Origin: a virus
Reading direction: 5' to 3' (one strand)
Virus record (IMG/VR): IMGVR_UViG_3300028840_008180
Coordinates: 1 to 64,000 of that record
DNA length: 64,000 bases
The position numbers were made by a program, and so were the translations under genes. Of this stretch, positions 39,118 to 46,589 are shown piece after piece. The notes under the pieces were generated by a model that saw only the letters and a list, made by a program, of their open reading frames with translations, did not search any database and had not been told where the DNA came from. The first letter of the stretch is position 1, and the number at the start of each line of letters is the position of its first letter.

Positions 39118-40287
39118 ATGAGCGAGAAAACTCATGTAAACGTCGGTACCATCGGTCACATCGACCATGGTAAAACAACTCTTACGGCTGCGATCTTGGC
39201 GGTCCAGGCAAGTAAGGGTCTAGCAATTAAGGTTCCCTATGGCAAGATTGCTACTGGCGGAATCGTCCGTGACGATCAGAAGGTTGTTACGGTAATCACG
39301 AGTCACGTTGAGTATGAGACAGAGGACAGGCATTACGCCCATATCGACTGTCCAGGCCACGCAGATTACGTCAAGAACATGATCACGGGTGCGGCCCAGA
39401 TGGACGGGGCAATTTTGCTCGTCTCTGCCGCAGATGGGCCGGAACCCCAGACTCGGGAACACGTTCTGTTGGCAAGACAGGTCGACGTTCCGAACATCGT
39501 TGTCTTCCTGAACAAGTGCGATCTTGTGGAGGACGAGGAATTGATCGAACTGGTCGAGTTGGAAGTCAGAGACCTGTTGACCGAGTACGGATTCGATGGC
39601 GACAATGCCACGGTTGTCCGAGGTAACGCCAAGGGCGCAATGGATGACCCAGAGAACCAGGGTGAGTGCATCACAGAGTTGATGAACGCCTTGGGCAAGA
39701 ACATCCCAGAGCCAATCCGGCAACTCGACAAGCCGTTTATGATGGCTATTGAAGGAGTCTACTCCATCGTTGGCCGAGGAACGGTAGTCACTGGTAAGAT
39801 CGAGCAGGGCAAAGTACAGCCCGGTGATAAGGTGGAGGTCGTAGGTCTGCAAGATAGATCAGAAACGGTCTGCACAAGCATCGAGCAGTTCAACAAGCAA
39901 CTGCCTGAAGGGAAAGCTGGTCAGAATGTTGGATGCCTGCTTCGGGGTGTCAAGCATGACGAGGTCCAGCGAGGGCAAGTGCTGTCGGCTATCAACGCCA
40001 TACAGCCCTACACTCGATTCAAGGCAGAGACCTATGTTCTGGGTAAGGAAGAGGGCGGAAGGCATACACCGTTCTTCGGTGGTTACAAGCCCCAGTTCTT
40101 CTTCCGAACAACAGACGTGACAGGCATAGTCAATCTGGTGGACGCCGAAATGGTGATGCCAGGAGACCATGTTACGGTAGAAGTTGAGCTAGATAAACCC
40201 GTTGCCCTTTACAAGGGGAACAGATTCGCTGTCCGTGAGGGCGGCAGGACGGTTGGCTCCGGTCGTGTGATCGAAGTCCTAGCGTGA
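39118..40287 (+). CDS. tuf: translation elongation factor Tu
   Basis: [33 protein letters not shown]; SD GGAGG before MSEKTH. Confidence 0.97.
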   Translation: MSEKTHVNVGTIGHIDHGKTTLTAAILAVQASKGLAIKVPYGKIATGGIVRDDQKVVTVITSHVEYETEDRHYAHIDCPGHADYVKNMITGAAQMDGAILLVSAADGPEPQTREHVLLARQVDVPNIVVFLNKCDLVEDEELIELVELEVRDLLTEYGFDGDNATVVRGNAKGAMDDPENQGECITELMNALGKNIPEPIRQLDKPFMMAIEGVYSIVGRGTVVTGKIEQGKVQPGDKVEVVGLQDRSETVCTSIEQFNKQLPEGKAGQNVGCLLRGVKHDEVQRGQVLSAINAIQPYTRFKAETYVLGKEEGGRHTPFFGGYKPQFFFRTTDVTGIVNLVDAEMVMPGDHVTVEVELDKPVALYKGNRFAVREGGRTVGSGRVIEVLA

Positions 40288-40293
40288 GATTAC

Positions 40294-40317
40294 GAGCCTT
40301 AGCTTCGGCTAGGGCTC
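40294..40317 (+). other. UUCG hairpin after tuf (no U tract; stabiliser or processing site)
   Basis: GAGCCTTAGC-TTCG-GCTAGGGCTC. Confidence 0.6.
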
Positions 40318-40320
40318 TAC

Positions 40321-40409
40321 GGAAGCGAGGCAAATAATGGTTCGTTGCGGCACTCTGCTAAAGTGTTCCGGGGTAACAGCCGGTGCTGGTTCAATTCCAG
40401 TCGCTTCCG
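40321..40409 (+). tRNA. tRNA-Ser(GCT)
   Basis: Loop CTGCTAA; long variable arm; G73; A8. Confidence 0.85.
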
Positions 40410-40413
40410 CTTT

Positions 40414-40495
40414 GGATAGGATGGTGGTTGGCTCACCAAACGGTCCCGAAAACTGTACCTCGTAAGAGGCCAGAGTTCGATTCTCTGCCTATCCG
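40414..40495 (+). tRNA. tRNA-Ser(CGA), atypical (C33)
   Basis: Stem ACGGT/ACTGT, loop CCCGAAA; G73. Confidence 0.7.
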
Positions 40496-40500
40496 CTTAC

Positions 40501-40584
40501 GGAAGTGATCCGGCTGGATGAGGAGCGAATTTTGAAAGTTCGTGGGTGTAAAAAGCCTTTAGGGTTCGAGTCCCTACGCTTCCG
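40501..40584 (+). tRNA. tRNA-Ser(TGA)
   Basis: Loop TTTGAAA; G73. Confidence 0.85.
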
Positions 40585-40595
40585 CTTGGAGGAAA

Positions 40596-40769
40596 ATGGA
40601 ACTAGAAGAACACAAAAAAATGCTAATCAAGAACGTTGAGTGTCTTAGAGACAAGTGGCACCGTGTCGATATGGGTCACAACAAGATGATCGAAAACATC
40701 AAAAAAGCCCAAGCTCTCGAAGAGCTACAAGCTATCGAAACGATTTACAGTACTTGGTTAGATGCTTAG
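40596..40769 (+). CDS. 57-aa protein, tandem paralogue 1; absent from the ORF track
   Basis: MELEEHKKMLI...RDKWHRVDMGHNKMIE...WLDA; SD GGAGG. Confidence 0.7.
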   Translation: MELEEHKKMLIKNVECLRDKWHRVDMGHNKMIENIKKAQALEELQAIETIYSTWLDA

Positions 40770-40776
40770 GAGGAAC

Positions 40777-40950
40777 ATGACATTTGAAGAGGATAAGAAG
40801 CCGCTGATCGATTTGATTACATGGTATCGAGACAAATGGCATAAGGGTGACTTCGGTCACACTGAAATGATCGAGAAGATCAAGGAAACCGACGATCCGA
40901 AATTACTGGAATTGTATTGGAAGATTACGGATGGTTGGTTAGATTACTAA
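40777..40950 (+). CDS. 57-aa protein, tandem paralogue 2
   Basis: MTFEEDKKPLI...RDKWHKGDFGHTEMIE...WLDY; SD AGGAGG. Confidence 0.7.
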   Translation: MTFEEDKKPLIDLITWYRDKWHKGDFGHTEMIEKIKETDDPKLLELYWKITDGWLDY

Positions 40951-40951
40951 T

Positions 40952-41037
40952 GGCCTCGTGCCGGAACAAGGTAGACGGACCAGACTGAGATTCTGGGGAG
41001 CGTTACGCTCGTGCAGGTTCGATTCCTGTCGAGGCCA
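40952..41037 (+). tRNA. tRNA-Leu(GAG)
   Basis: Loop CTGAGAT; long variable arm; A73. Confidence 0.88.
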
Positions 41038-41042
41038 CTTAT

Positions 41043-41122
41043 GGCGGTGTACGCAAAATGGTAAAGCGGCAGTACTCAAAATGCTGTGATGTTGTTTGTC
41101 GGTTCGAGTCCGACCACCGCTA
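41043..41122 (+). tRNA. tRNA-Leu(CAA)
   Basis: Loop CTCAAAA; extended variable region; A73. Confidence 0.85.
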
Positions 41123-41126
41123 CTTT

Positions 41127-41201
41127 GGCGAGGTAGCCCAATAGGTAGAAGGCGGTAGTTTCAAGAACTACAGGTTGCGGGTTCGACTCCCGCCCTCGCT
41201 A
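41127..41201 (+). tRNA. tRNA-Leu(CAA) with short variable loop
   Basis: GTAGT-TTCAAGA-ACTAC; variable loop AGGTT. Confidence 0.8.
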
Positions 41202-41206
41202 CTCAC

Positions 41207-41281
41207 GCCGGGGTAGCCCAACTGGCAGAAGGCGCATGATTTAGGATCATGAGGTTGAGGGTTCGACTCCCTCCCCCGGTA
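41207..41281 (+). tRNA. tRNA-Leu(TAG) with short variable loop
   Basis: CATGA-TTTAGGA-TCATG; variable loop AGGTT. Confidence 0.8.
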
Positions 41282-41286
41282 CTTAT

Positions 41287-41372
41287 GGCCTTGTGTCGGA
41301 ATAGGTAGACGAGTGGCGCTCAGACCGCCATGGGTGTAATTGCCCGTGCAGGTTCGATTCCTGTCAAGGCCA
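41287..41372 (+). tRNA. tRNA-Leu(CAG)
   Basis: Loop CTCAGAC; long variable arm. Confidence 0.88.
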
Positions 41373-41374
41373 CT

Positions 41375-41794
41375 TTATCGTTTGATAGGAATAGCCCACG
41401 GAGTTTCTGGGATTTCTTCAGCGGCAGCAAGAGCGTCTTCAACGGCTTGTCGCATGTCGGGGCCGATGCCCTTCATGACCCATTCCTTTTTGCTTGGGTC
41501 AGCTTTGATTCGCTTGACGTACTCCGCTACTTTGTCTCGTTTGATAGGAATAGCCCACGGAGTTTCTGGGATTTCTTCAGCGGCAGCAAGAGCGTCTTCA
41601 ACGGCTTGTCGCATGGCGGGGCCTAAGCCCTGCATGACCCATTCCTTTTTGCTTGGGTCAGCTTTGATTCGCTTGACGTACTCCGCTACTTTGTCTCGTG
41701 CTCCAGCAGCGATGCCCGCACCCATGTCTCCAAATGCTCCTTTGATATCCCCGTAGCTGCGAGTTTCTAACCATTCATTGAATGAGCGTCTCAT
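41375..41794 (-). CDS. protein with a 53-aa tandem duplication
   Basis: Start MRRSFNEWLE; SD GGAGG; TATATAC upstream. Confidence 0.7.
   Translation of the reverse strand: MRRSFNEWLETRSYGDIKGAFGDMGAGIAAGARDKVAEYVKRIKADPSKKEWVMQGLGPAMRQAVEDALAAAEEIPETPWAIPIKRDKVAEYVKRIKADPSKKEWVMKGIGPDMRQAVEDALAAAEEIPETPWAIPIKR
41378..41697. repeat. near-perfect 159 bp direct tandem repeat, 2 copies
   Basis: TCGTTTGATAGGAATAGCCC starts at 41378 and at 41537. Confidence 0.92.
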
Positions 41795-41831
41795 TTCATA
41801 CCTCCACGGTATATATGGCCTTGCGTCGGGA

Positions 41832-42401
41832 TTAGTAGTACCTGAAATCATTCGCATGCCTCTTGCGAATGATTTCTTTCAACTGAGGTGTGAGAAGTTT
41901 TTTGAATATCGCTGATCGGGTTGTATTCTTTCTCCTAATCGCCTTAGGTGGTGGTAACCCAATACGTTTGAAGACCTGGGGGATGGCATCTTCTATGTTC
42001 TCCAAACGTATGACAACATCAACAAGCGATCTCCCCTGCTTATCACATGTGAAAGCTTTGATGTCTACGAAGTGCTTGTAACGCTTATTGCGAACATAGG
42101 TGTCGAAATCACACCGGGCGGACGCCATGTTTCGCTTTTTCTCAAAAGCGAAACATGACAGAATGCGGTCGAAGGGGTTTCGGATCGTTGTAAAGACGAA
42201 ATAGTCGCCCCATCTCCGTCCGGTTTTCTCAATAAATTGCTTTACCTTGTAGGCAGCATCGTGCCGACCCACCGGTTTTGCCCGCAAACCCTGGTCGTAG
42301 ACCCGACATTTATAGGCTCGAAAGTGCGAGTGCAGGCTGCTAGAGCCGCATTTCTGATTGGCCAGAAAGATGAACTTGTGAGTGTGAGATATAACGGTCA
42401 T
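41832..42401 (-). CDS. sulfotransferase family 2 protein
   Basis: KFIFLANQKCGSSS (5'-PSB) and TIRNPFDRILS (3'-PB). Confidence 0.8.
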   Translation of the reverse strand: MTVISHTHKFIFLANQKCGSSSLHSHFRAYKCRVYDQGLRAKPVGRHDAAYKVKQFIEKTGRRWGDYFVFTTIRNPFDRILSCFAFEKKRNMASARCDFDTYVRNKRYKHFVDIKAFTCDKQGRSLVDVVIRLENIEDAIPQVFKRIGLPPPKAIRRKNTTRSAIFKKLLTPQLKEIIRKRHANDFRYY

Positions 42402-42461
42402 ATCAGTATTTACCCCAGACGGCATATCCGTTAGGATATTAAGGGGTAAAAGGAGGATGGT

Positions 42462-42854
42462 ATGATCATCAAAGAAGTCGAAGTCGTCATCAATGTGGAA
42501 TACGGAGGTTTCTCTCTTGATACAGAGATGGCCCTCTGGTTGATGGAGAACAAGGGGTGGACGAGCACAAACGTCGACAGTGGTGAGGATGAGACCGAGT
42601 TCGATTTGATATCACTCGGTGATATGTTCCTCCGCTCGAAGAAATACGACGAGGTCGGGTTCAGAATGAACCCCGACCTCGTCGAGTGCGTTAAAACCCT
42701 CCAAAAGAAACACGAAGGTACGAATTGGTCTGGTGTTGCATACAACGACATCCCAAAGGTCTTGCAATTAAATGTCGTTCATGTAGAGGTTCACCTTACC
42801 GTCGAGCCTGTGTATGACGGCATTGAGAATATAGCATGTTGGTCCAAGATGTAG
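42462..42854 (+). CDS. conserved phage hypothetical protein
   Basis: VVIN..YGGFSL, PDLVECV, YDG.E; SD AGGAGG. Confidence 0.7.
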   Translation: MIIKEVEVVINVEYGGFSLDTEMALWLMENKGWTSTNVDSGEDETEFDLISLGDMFLRSKKYDEVGFRMNPDLVECVKTLQKKHEGTNWSGVAYNDIPKVLQLNVVHVEVHLTVEPVYDGIENIACWSKM

Positions 42855-42937
42855 CCAGGATGACGGAATTGGTAGACGACAATCGCTTAGAACGATTGGT
42901 CCGTAAGGGCGTGCGAGTTCGAGTCTCGCTCCTGGCA
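42854..42937 (+). tRNA. tRNA-Leu(TAG)
   Basis: Loop CTTAGAA; long variable arm. Confidence 0.88.
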
Positions 42938-42941
42938 CTTA

Positions 42942-43082
42942 CTAGATAAACCCGAATACTCTGAGAAATACAAGGGTACTGAATAAAGCTGCTGCGGCTG
43001 AACCAATGGTTCGGATTAGTTCCATTGTGTGGTTGTGCTTGTTCAACCACGTCTCGACTCGATTTCTACGATGGTCTGTCAT
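42942..43082 (-). CDS. 46-aa single-TM protein; absent from the ORF track
   Basis: MTDHRRNRVETWLNKHNHTMELIRTIGSAAAALFSTLVFLRVFGFI; SD AGGAGGT; TATAAT upstream. Confidence 0.6.
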   Translation of the reverse strand: MTDHRRNRVETWLNKHNHTMELIRTIGSAAAALFSTLVFLRVFGFI

Positions 43083-43146
43083 AAACACCTCCTACTAGTA
43101 TTATACTGTCGTTGTTAATAAAACTTAAGGGTGCAAGGAGAGGGAA

Positions 43147-43569
43147 ATGTCAGTGAAGAAGATTACGGTAAAGAGATTGGAGTGGTCGGAACTGAAGGAT
43201 AGTCAAAGACATCGAATCAGGAAAAAGGTCGCTCGCCACGCTTCTGAAGTACAGGCTAAGCACAACTACATGAAGCGACTGAAGCGATCCCGAACAACCA
43301 GTGATGCTCCCTATGTACTTCTTCCTAAGAGTGTGATCAAGCCGAAGAACGGCTTTTGGGTTGTCTGGCGGCGGTTAGGCACCGAGGCTGTTGTCACTCG
43401 TCGGACATTGGTTCACAAGGTGACGTGGGAGTTATACGGCCCACGGGAGAATGGTGTCCGATTTGTTCTAAAGGCACCCTTTCCAGTGAATGTCACCTGT
43501 ACTCAGGATAGGAAGGTTTGGGAGGATTTTGCCGCTTCGTTGTCGGTAGGTCATCGATTGGGAAACTAG
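43147..43569 (+). CDS. basic hypothetical protein
   Basis: 140 aa with SD. Confidence 0.6.
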   Translation: MSVKKITVKRLEWSELKDSQRHRIRKKVARHASEVQAKHNYMKRLKRSRTTSDAPYVLLPKSVIKPKNGFWVVWRRLGTEAVVTRRTLVHKVTWELYGPRENGVRFVLKAPFPVNVTCTQDRKVWEDFAASLSVGHRLGN

Positions 43570-43579
43570 CGAATTTACG

Positions 43580-43608
43580 CTAAAGTCTCGTAAACTATCT
43601 GCCGATAC
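43580..43608 (+). promoter_or_regulatory. sigma28-like promoter
   Basis: CTAAA-N16-GCCGATAC. Confidence 0.7.
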
Positions 43609-43627
43609 AAGCGATAGGAGAAAAGTT

Positions 43628-43912
43628 ATGGGAATACCAGCTTACGGAGACGTACTGACTCGTAAAGTGACTTTGCCCAACAAGCAAGTCCTGAGTATCG
43701 GTGTTTTGACAGCCCATGTTGGGGTCGGCGCAGTGCCGGAATTGACGGTCTCACTTCAAGACGAAGGTGGAATTGCTACCGCTTCACTGAAGACCGCCCT
43801 CAATTCAACCAATGATCTTCGATACGTTGCCAACATGTTGAATCAGGTGGCAACACGTATCGATCAGGTCAACGAAGAGGCCAAGGACGATTACTACGAA
43901 GAAGATGAGTGA
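43628..43912 (+). CDS. hypothetical protein
   Basis: 94 aa; SD AGGAG. Confidence 0.65.
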   Translation: MGIPAYGDVLTRKVTLPNKQVLSIGVLTAHVGVGAVPELTVSLQDEGGIATASLKTALNSTNDLRYVANMLNQVATRIDQVNEEAKDDYYEEDE

Positions 43913-44125
43913 TCCCAATAGCGACAATACTGACAGTACTTGCTATAGTACCACGTCTGTCGCTTACAAATTGGGCAAATACGTGTCCTGTCAGCGATCC
44001 GTTTTGCACGTCGTCGTAGTAGTATCCGTTTAAGCCACCGGAGCATTGGGCATCTCAGCCTTCATTGCTATCTATAATCGGCACAAGAAAGTGAAACGGA
44101 GTAGAAGAAAAACGTTAGGAAATAC

Positions 44126-44209
44126 GGAATCGAAGCGAATTGGCTAAGCAGCCTATCTCGAAAGTAGGTGCGGGTAACACCGTTGGGAGTTCGAGTCTCC
44201 CCGATTCCG
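44126..44209 (+). tRNA. tRNA-Ser(CGA)
   Basis: Loop CTCGAAA; G73; A8. Confidence 0.85.
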
Positions 44210-44390
44210 CTTAAAGGTTAAGGTGAGATTGGTAGGAAATTATCGGGAGAATGAAAAATGGAATGGCTTGGTAATTGGATCGCCGCTTGGTTAGACATGA
44301 TCTGTGGTTTCATCTCGGTGGTTACCTTGTGCATCTGGCGTCCGTGGTGGGATTTCCAGTTTCGTGCGTATTGGGCAAATAAAATACTCC

Positions 44391-44470
44391 GGAAGTGAAG
44401 CGAATGGTTAGCAAGCCGGTTGGAAGCCGGTCGCCCTCACGGGTTGCAGGTTCGACTCCTGTCACTTCCG
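44391..44470 (+). tRNA. tRNA-Ser(GGA)
   Basis: Loop TTGGAAG; G73; A8. Confidence 0.85.
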
Positions 44471-44473
44471 CTT

Positions 44474-44875
44474 ATGATCTCCATGAAAGGCAATTTGAAG
44501 TACAGTGATATCGCTGCGGGGCACCGCCCGCAAGCGGCGGTCTATCTCCCTAAAGAATTTGGAGACTACTACCGTGCGTTGGTACCTAAAGCGAAGGACA
44601 TACAACCACAAACCTACCCTCCGCACGTTACCGTTGTGAGGACTGGGCTTGAGACGCCGCCAAACATGGAGCCGTGGGGAAAGTACGAAGGTGAAATCAT
44701 TGAGTTTACCTACAACCCAGTGGTAGTGACAGACGGTATGTACTACTACTTGGATGTAGAATCGGAAAGGATCGCCGAAATCCGAAAGGAGTTAGGGCTT
44801 CCACGCTACCGTTTCGGCGATAACAAGAAGTACCACATTACGATTGGGAATGTCAAACATCATGCCACTTCCTAA
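44474..44875 (+). CDS. 2H phosphoesterase (Acb1/gp57B- or LigT-like)
   Basis: Two HxT motifs, PHVTV and YHITI, about 70 aa apart. Confidence 0.75.
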   Translation: MISMKGNLKYSDIAAGHRPQAAVYLPKEFGDYYRALVPKAKDIQPQTYPPHVTVVRTGLETPPNMEPWGKYEGEIIEFTYNPVVVTDGMYYYLDVESERIAEIRKELGLPRYRFGDNKKYHITIGNVKHHATS

Positions 44876-45194
44876 AGCATGTGACCGAGCCACCCAGGAC
44901 CTGATTGTGGACTTGTACGAAAACTACGAGTACCCAATCCAGACCATCTCTAAAATGACGGACGTATCGAGATACTATGTCCGCCAAGTCTTAGACCAAC
45001 GACGTGTTGAGCGTCGACCGCAAGCAAGCTGGCTTCGCACCTCTAAAGAGCGAGAGGACGAGGTTGTGCGACTCTATGTTGAAGAGCGGCTACCGATGCG
45101 TCTCGTGGGAGAGGAACTGTCGATGTCTGATTTCACAGTTCAGAGAGTTCTAAAACGTCGAAACGTTCAGACCCGCAAACGGAAAGACTACTGA
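44862..45194 (+). CDS. tandem helix-turn-helix protein
   Basis: Two units of I/V.LY...-HTH-V..VL..R.V..R. Confidence 0.65.
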   Translation: MPLPKACDRATQDLIVDLYENYEYPIQTISKMTDVSRYYVRQVLDQRRVERRPQASWLRTSKEREDEVVRLYVEERLPMRLVGEELSMSDFTVQRVLKRRNVQTRKRKDY

Positions 45195-45199
45195 GTGTT

Positions 45200-45583
45200 T
45201 TACTTGTAGAACCTTGAGTTCCCGTTGCTGTCGATCTCCCAATGGATTCCGAACTTGTTCTCCAGGTCCGAAACCATGTCTGACCGAGCTTTCCGGAGGG
45301 CGGGGATAACGTAGCGACCGTAGACATTATCCATTGCCTTGTACTCACCTATCGTCTGGGTTATTTGCCGGATCATCCGGATGAATTGACTGGGGTCAAT
45401 CTCAAAATTCTCTCCCATTACCCTAACGACGGCTGTGGATCGTCTTACCTCTACCATTTGCGTCCGTTGCTCGATCACGACGGGTGGCGTCTGTTTTGCG
45501 GGCGCAGGTACGGGCGCACGAGTGGATTTTGCCGTGTCTTTGAGTTGCCAGCGTGGCGACGGTATCATGTTTCCGCTACTCAT
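45200..45583 (-). CDS. hypothetical protein
   Basis: 127 aa; SD AAGGAG. Confidence 0.65.
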   Translation of the reverse strand: MSSGNMIPSPRWQLKDTAKSTRAPVPAPAKQTPPVVIEQRTQMVEVRRSTAVVRVMGENFEIDPSQFIRMIRQITQTIGEYKAMDNVYGRYVIPALRKARSDMVSDLENKFGIHWEIDSNGNSRFYK

Positions 45584-45604
45584 GACGTTATCTCCTTTAT
45601 CTTG

Positions 45605-45633
45605 GTATCGGCATTATAGCTGCTTTTCTTTAG
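45605..45633 (-). promoter_or_regulatory. sigma28-like promoter
   Basis: CTAAA-N16-GCCGATAC. Confidence 0.7.
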
Positions 45634-45802
45634 TTCGTAAATGTCAAATGTGTTAGGCAGGGTGTGAGAAATTCGCTCAAGTTTCCCATGTTAGATGTCG
45701 ATACCATTATTAGGGCCCAAAACATGGGCGATTTGCCTCCTGTGATCAGCCCGCCCCCGAAATTGCAGCACCGGGGGCGGGCTAAAGGGTATAGGAAGAA
45801 CA

Positions 45803-46150
45803 ATGGAAGAAGACAGAATAATATGCGACGAACTGGCTTTGGACCTCATGATCAACATGGAGTTACCGAGGCGAGAAAGGAAAAAGAAGGCAAAAAGGCG
45901 TTTCAGCAGGGCTCCGAGGGTAGCGGCGGTGATGTCTTCGCATTCGTCTGTAGAGACGGTAACAAGTGAGTGGCCTGACACCATAGATCACTTCGAGACA
46001 CAGAAAGCTCTAATAAGAGAACTAGATCGGGCGGCAATGGAATTATCGGAAGCAGAGCGGAAGTTAGATGTGCAGAAGCCGCAAAAGGTATCGGGCTTCA
46101 AGAAATTCAAATCAGGCTTCAAAAAGATCAAATCAAATCGAGCGTCTTGA
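45803..46150 (+). CDS. hypothetical protein
   Basis: 115 aa. Confidence 0.5.
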   Translation: MEEDRIICDELALDLMINMELPRRERKKKAKRRFSRAPRVAAVMSSHSSVETVTSEWPDTIDHFETQKALIRELDRAAMELSEAERKLDVQKPQKVSGFKKFKSGFKKIKSNRAS

Positions 46151-46589
46151 AAAGGAGTCGCCTCTCAAGTGGACCTAATGGTTTACCGTTAAGGTCTTTA
46201 AGTTGGTAGAATAGGAATGAATCTGTGCCGGTGTCTACCATTTCATAGAACTTTGAGTCAACGGCATTGTCCCATGTTGGGGTAGCTGGATGTAGCCGAA
46301 GGTCCGCTACTTTCTCATCGAACTCACGGAATGTCCATTCTTTTTCATCAACGACGATCTGTTTGTTAGGTGACCAATACTCTGACTTTGTCTTTAGAAA
46401 TGGCACATCCTTCTCAAGCATGTTAAAGATGAAAGTCATGTCATGACCTTGCTCTTTAAGGTAGTTGGCTAGAGCGGTGGTGTGCTCCCACACATCACGC
46501 TCGTTACTTGCCTCCTTCACACCTTGAACCAACCCTCGGATCGTTTCGGGTACGGTGCCGTAGACTTCTAGCCACTGTTTGAATCTCAC
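46128..46589 (-). CDS. protein with capsid-targeting-like N-terminus
   Basis: Starts MRFKQWLE. Confidence 0.65.
   Translation of the reverse strand: MRFKQWLEVYGTVPETIRGLVQGVKEASNERDVWEHTTALANYLKEQGHDMTFIFNMLEKDVPFLKTKSEYWSPNKQIVVDEKEWTFREFDEKVADLRLHPATPTWDNAVDSKFYEMVDTGTDSFLFYQLKDLNGKPLGPLERRLLFKTLDLI

Noticed and set aside
40501-40584. tRNA-Sec
   Set aside because: Anticodon is TGA (Ser), not TCA; 7-bp acceptor stem.
41378-41697. CRISPR array or DGR template/variable repeat
   Set aside because: Two adjacent in-frame 159 bp copies without spacers; no reverse transcriptase or cas gene in the window.
38904-42937. Possible suppressor tRNAs (loops containing TTA, TCA or TAG)
   Set aside because: With 7-nt loops the anticodons are TAA, CAA and TAG (Leu). 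Genes end normally at all three stop codons, so there is no sign of recoding.
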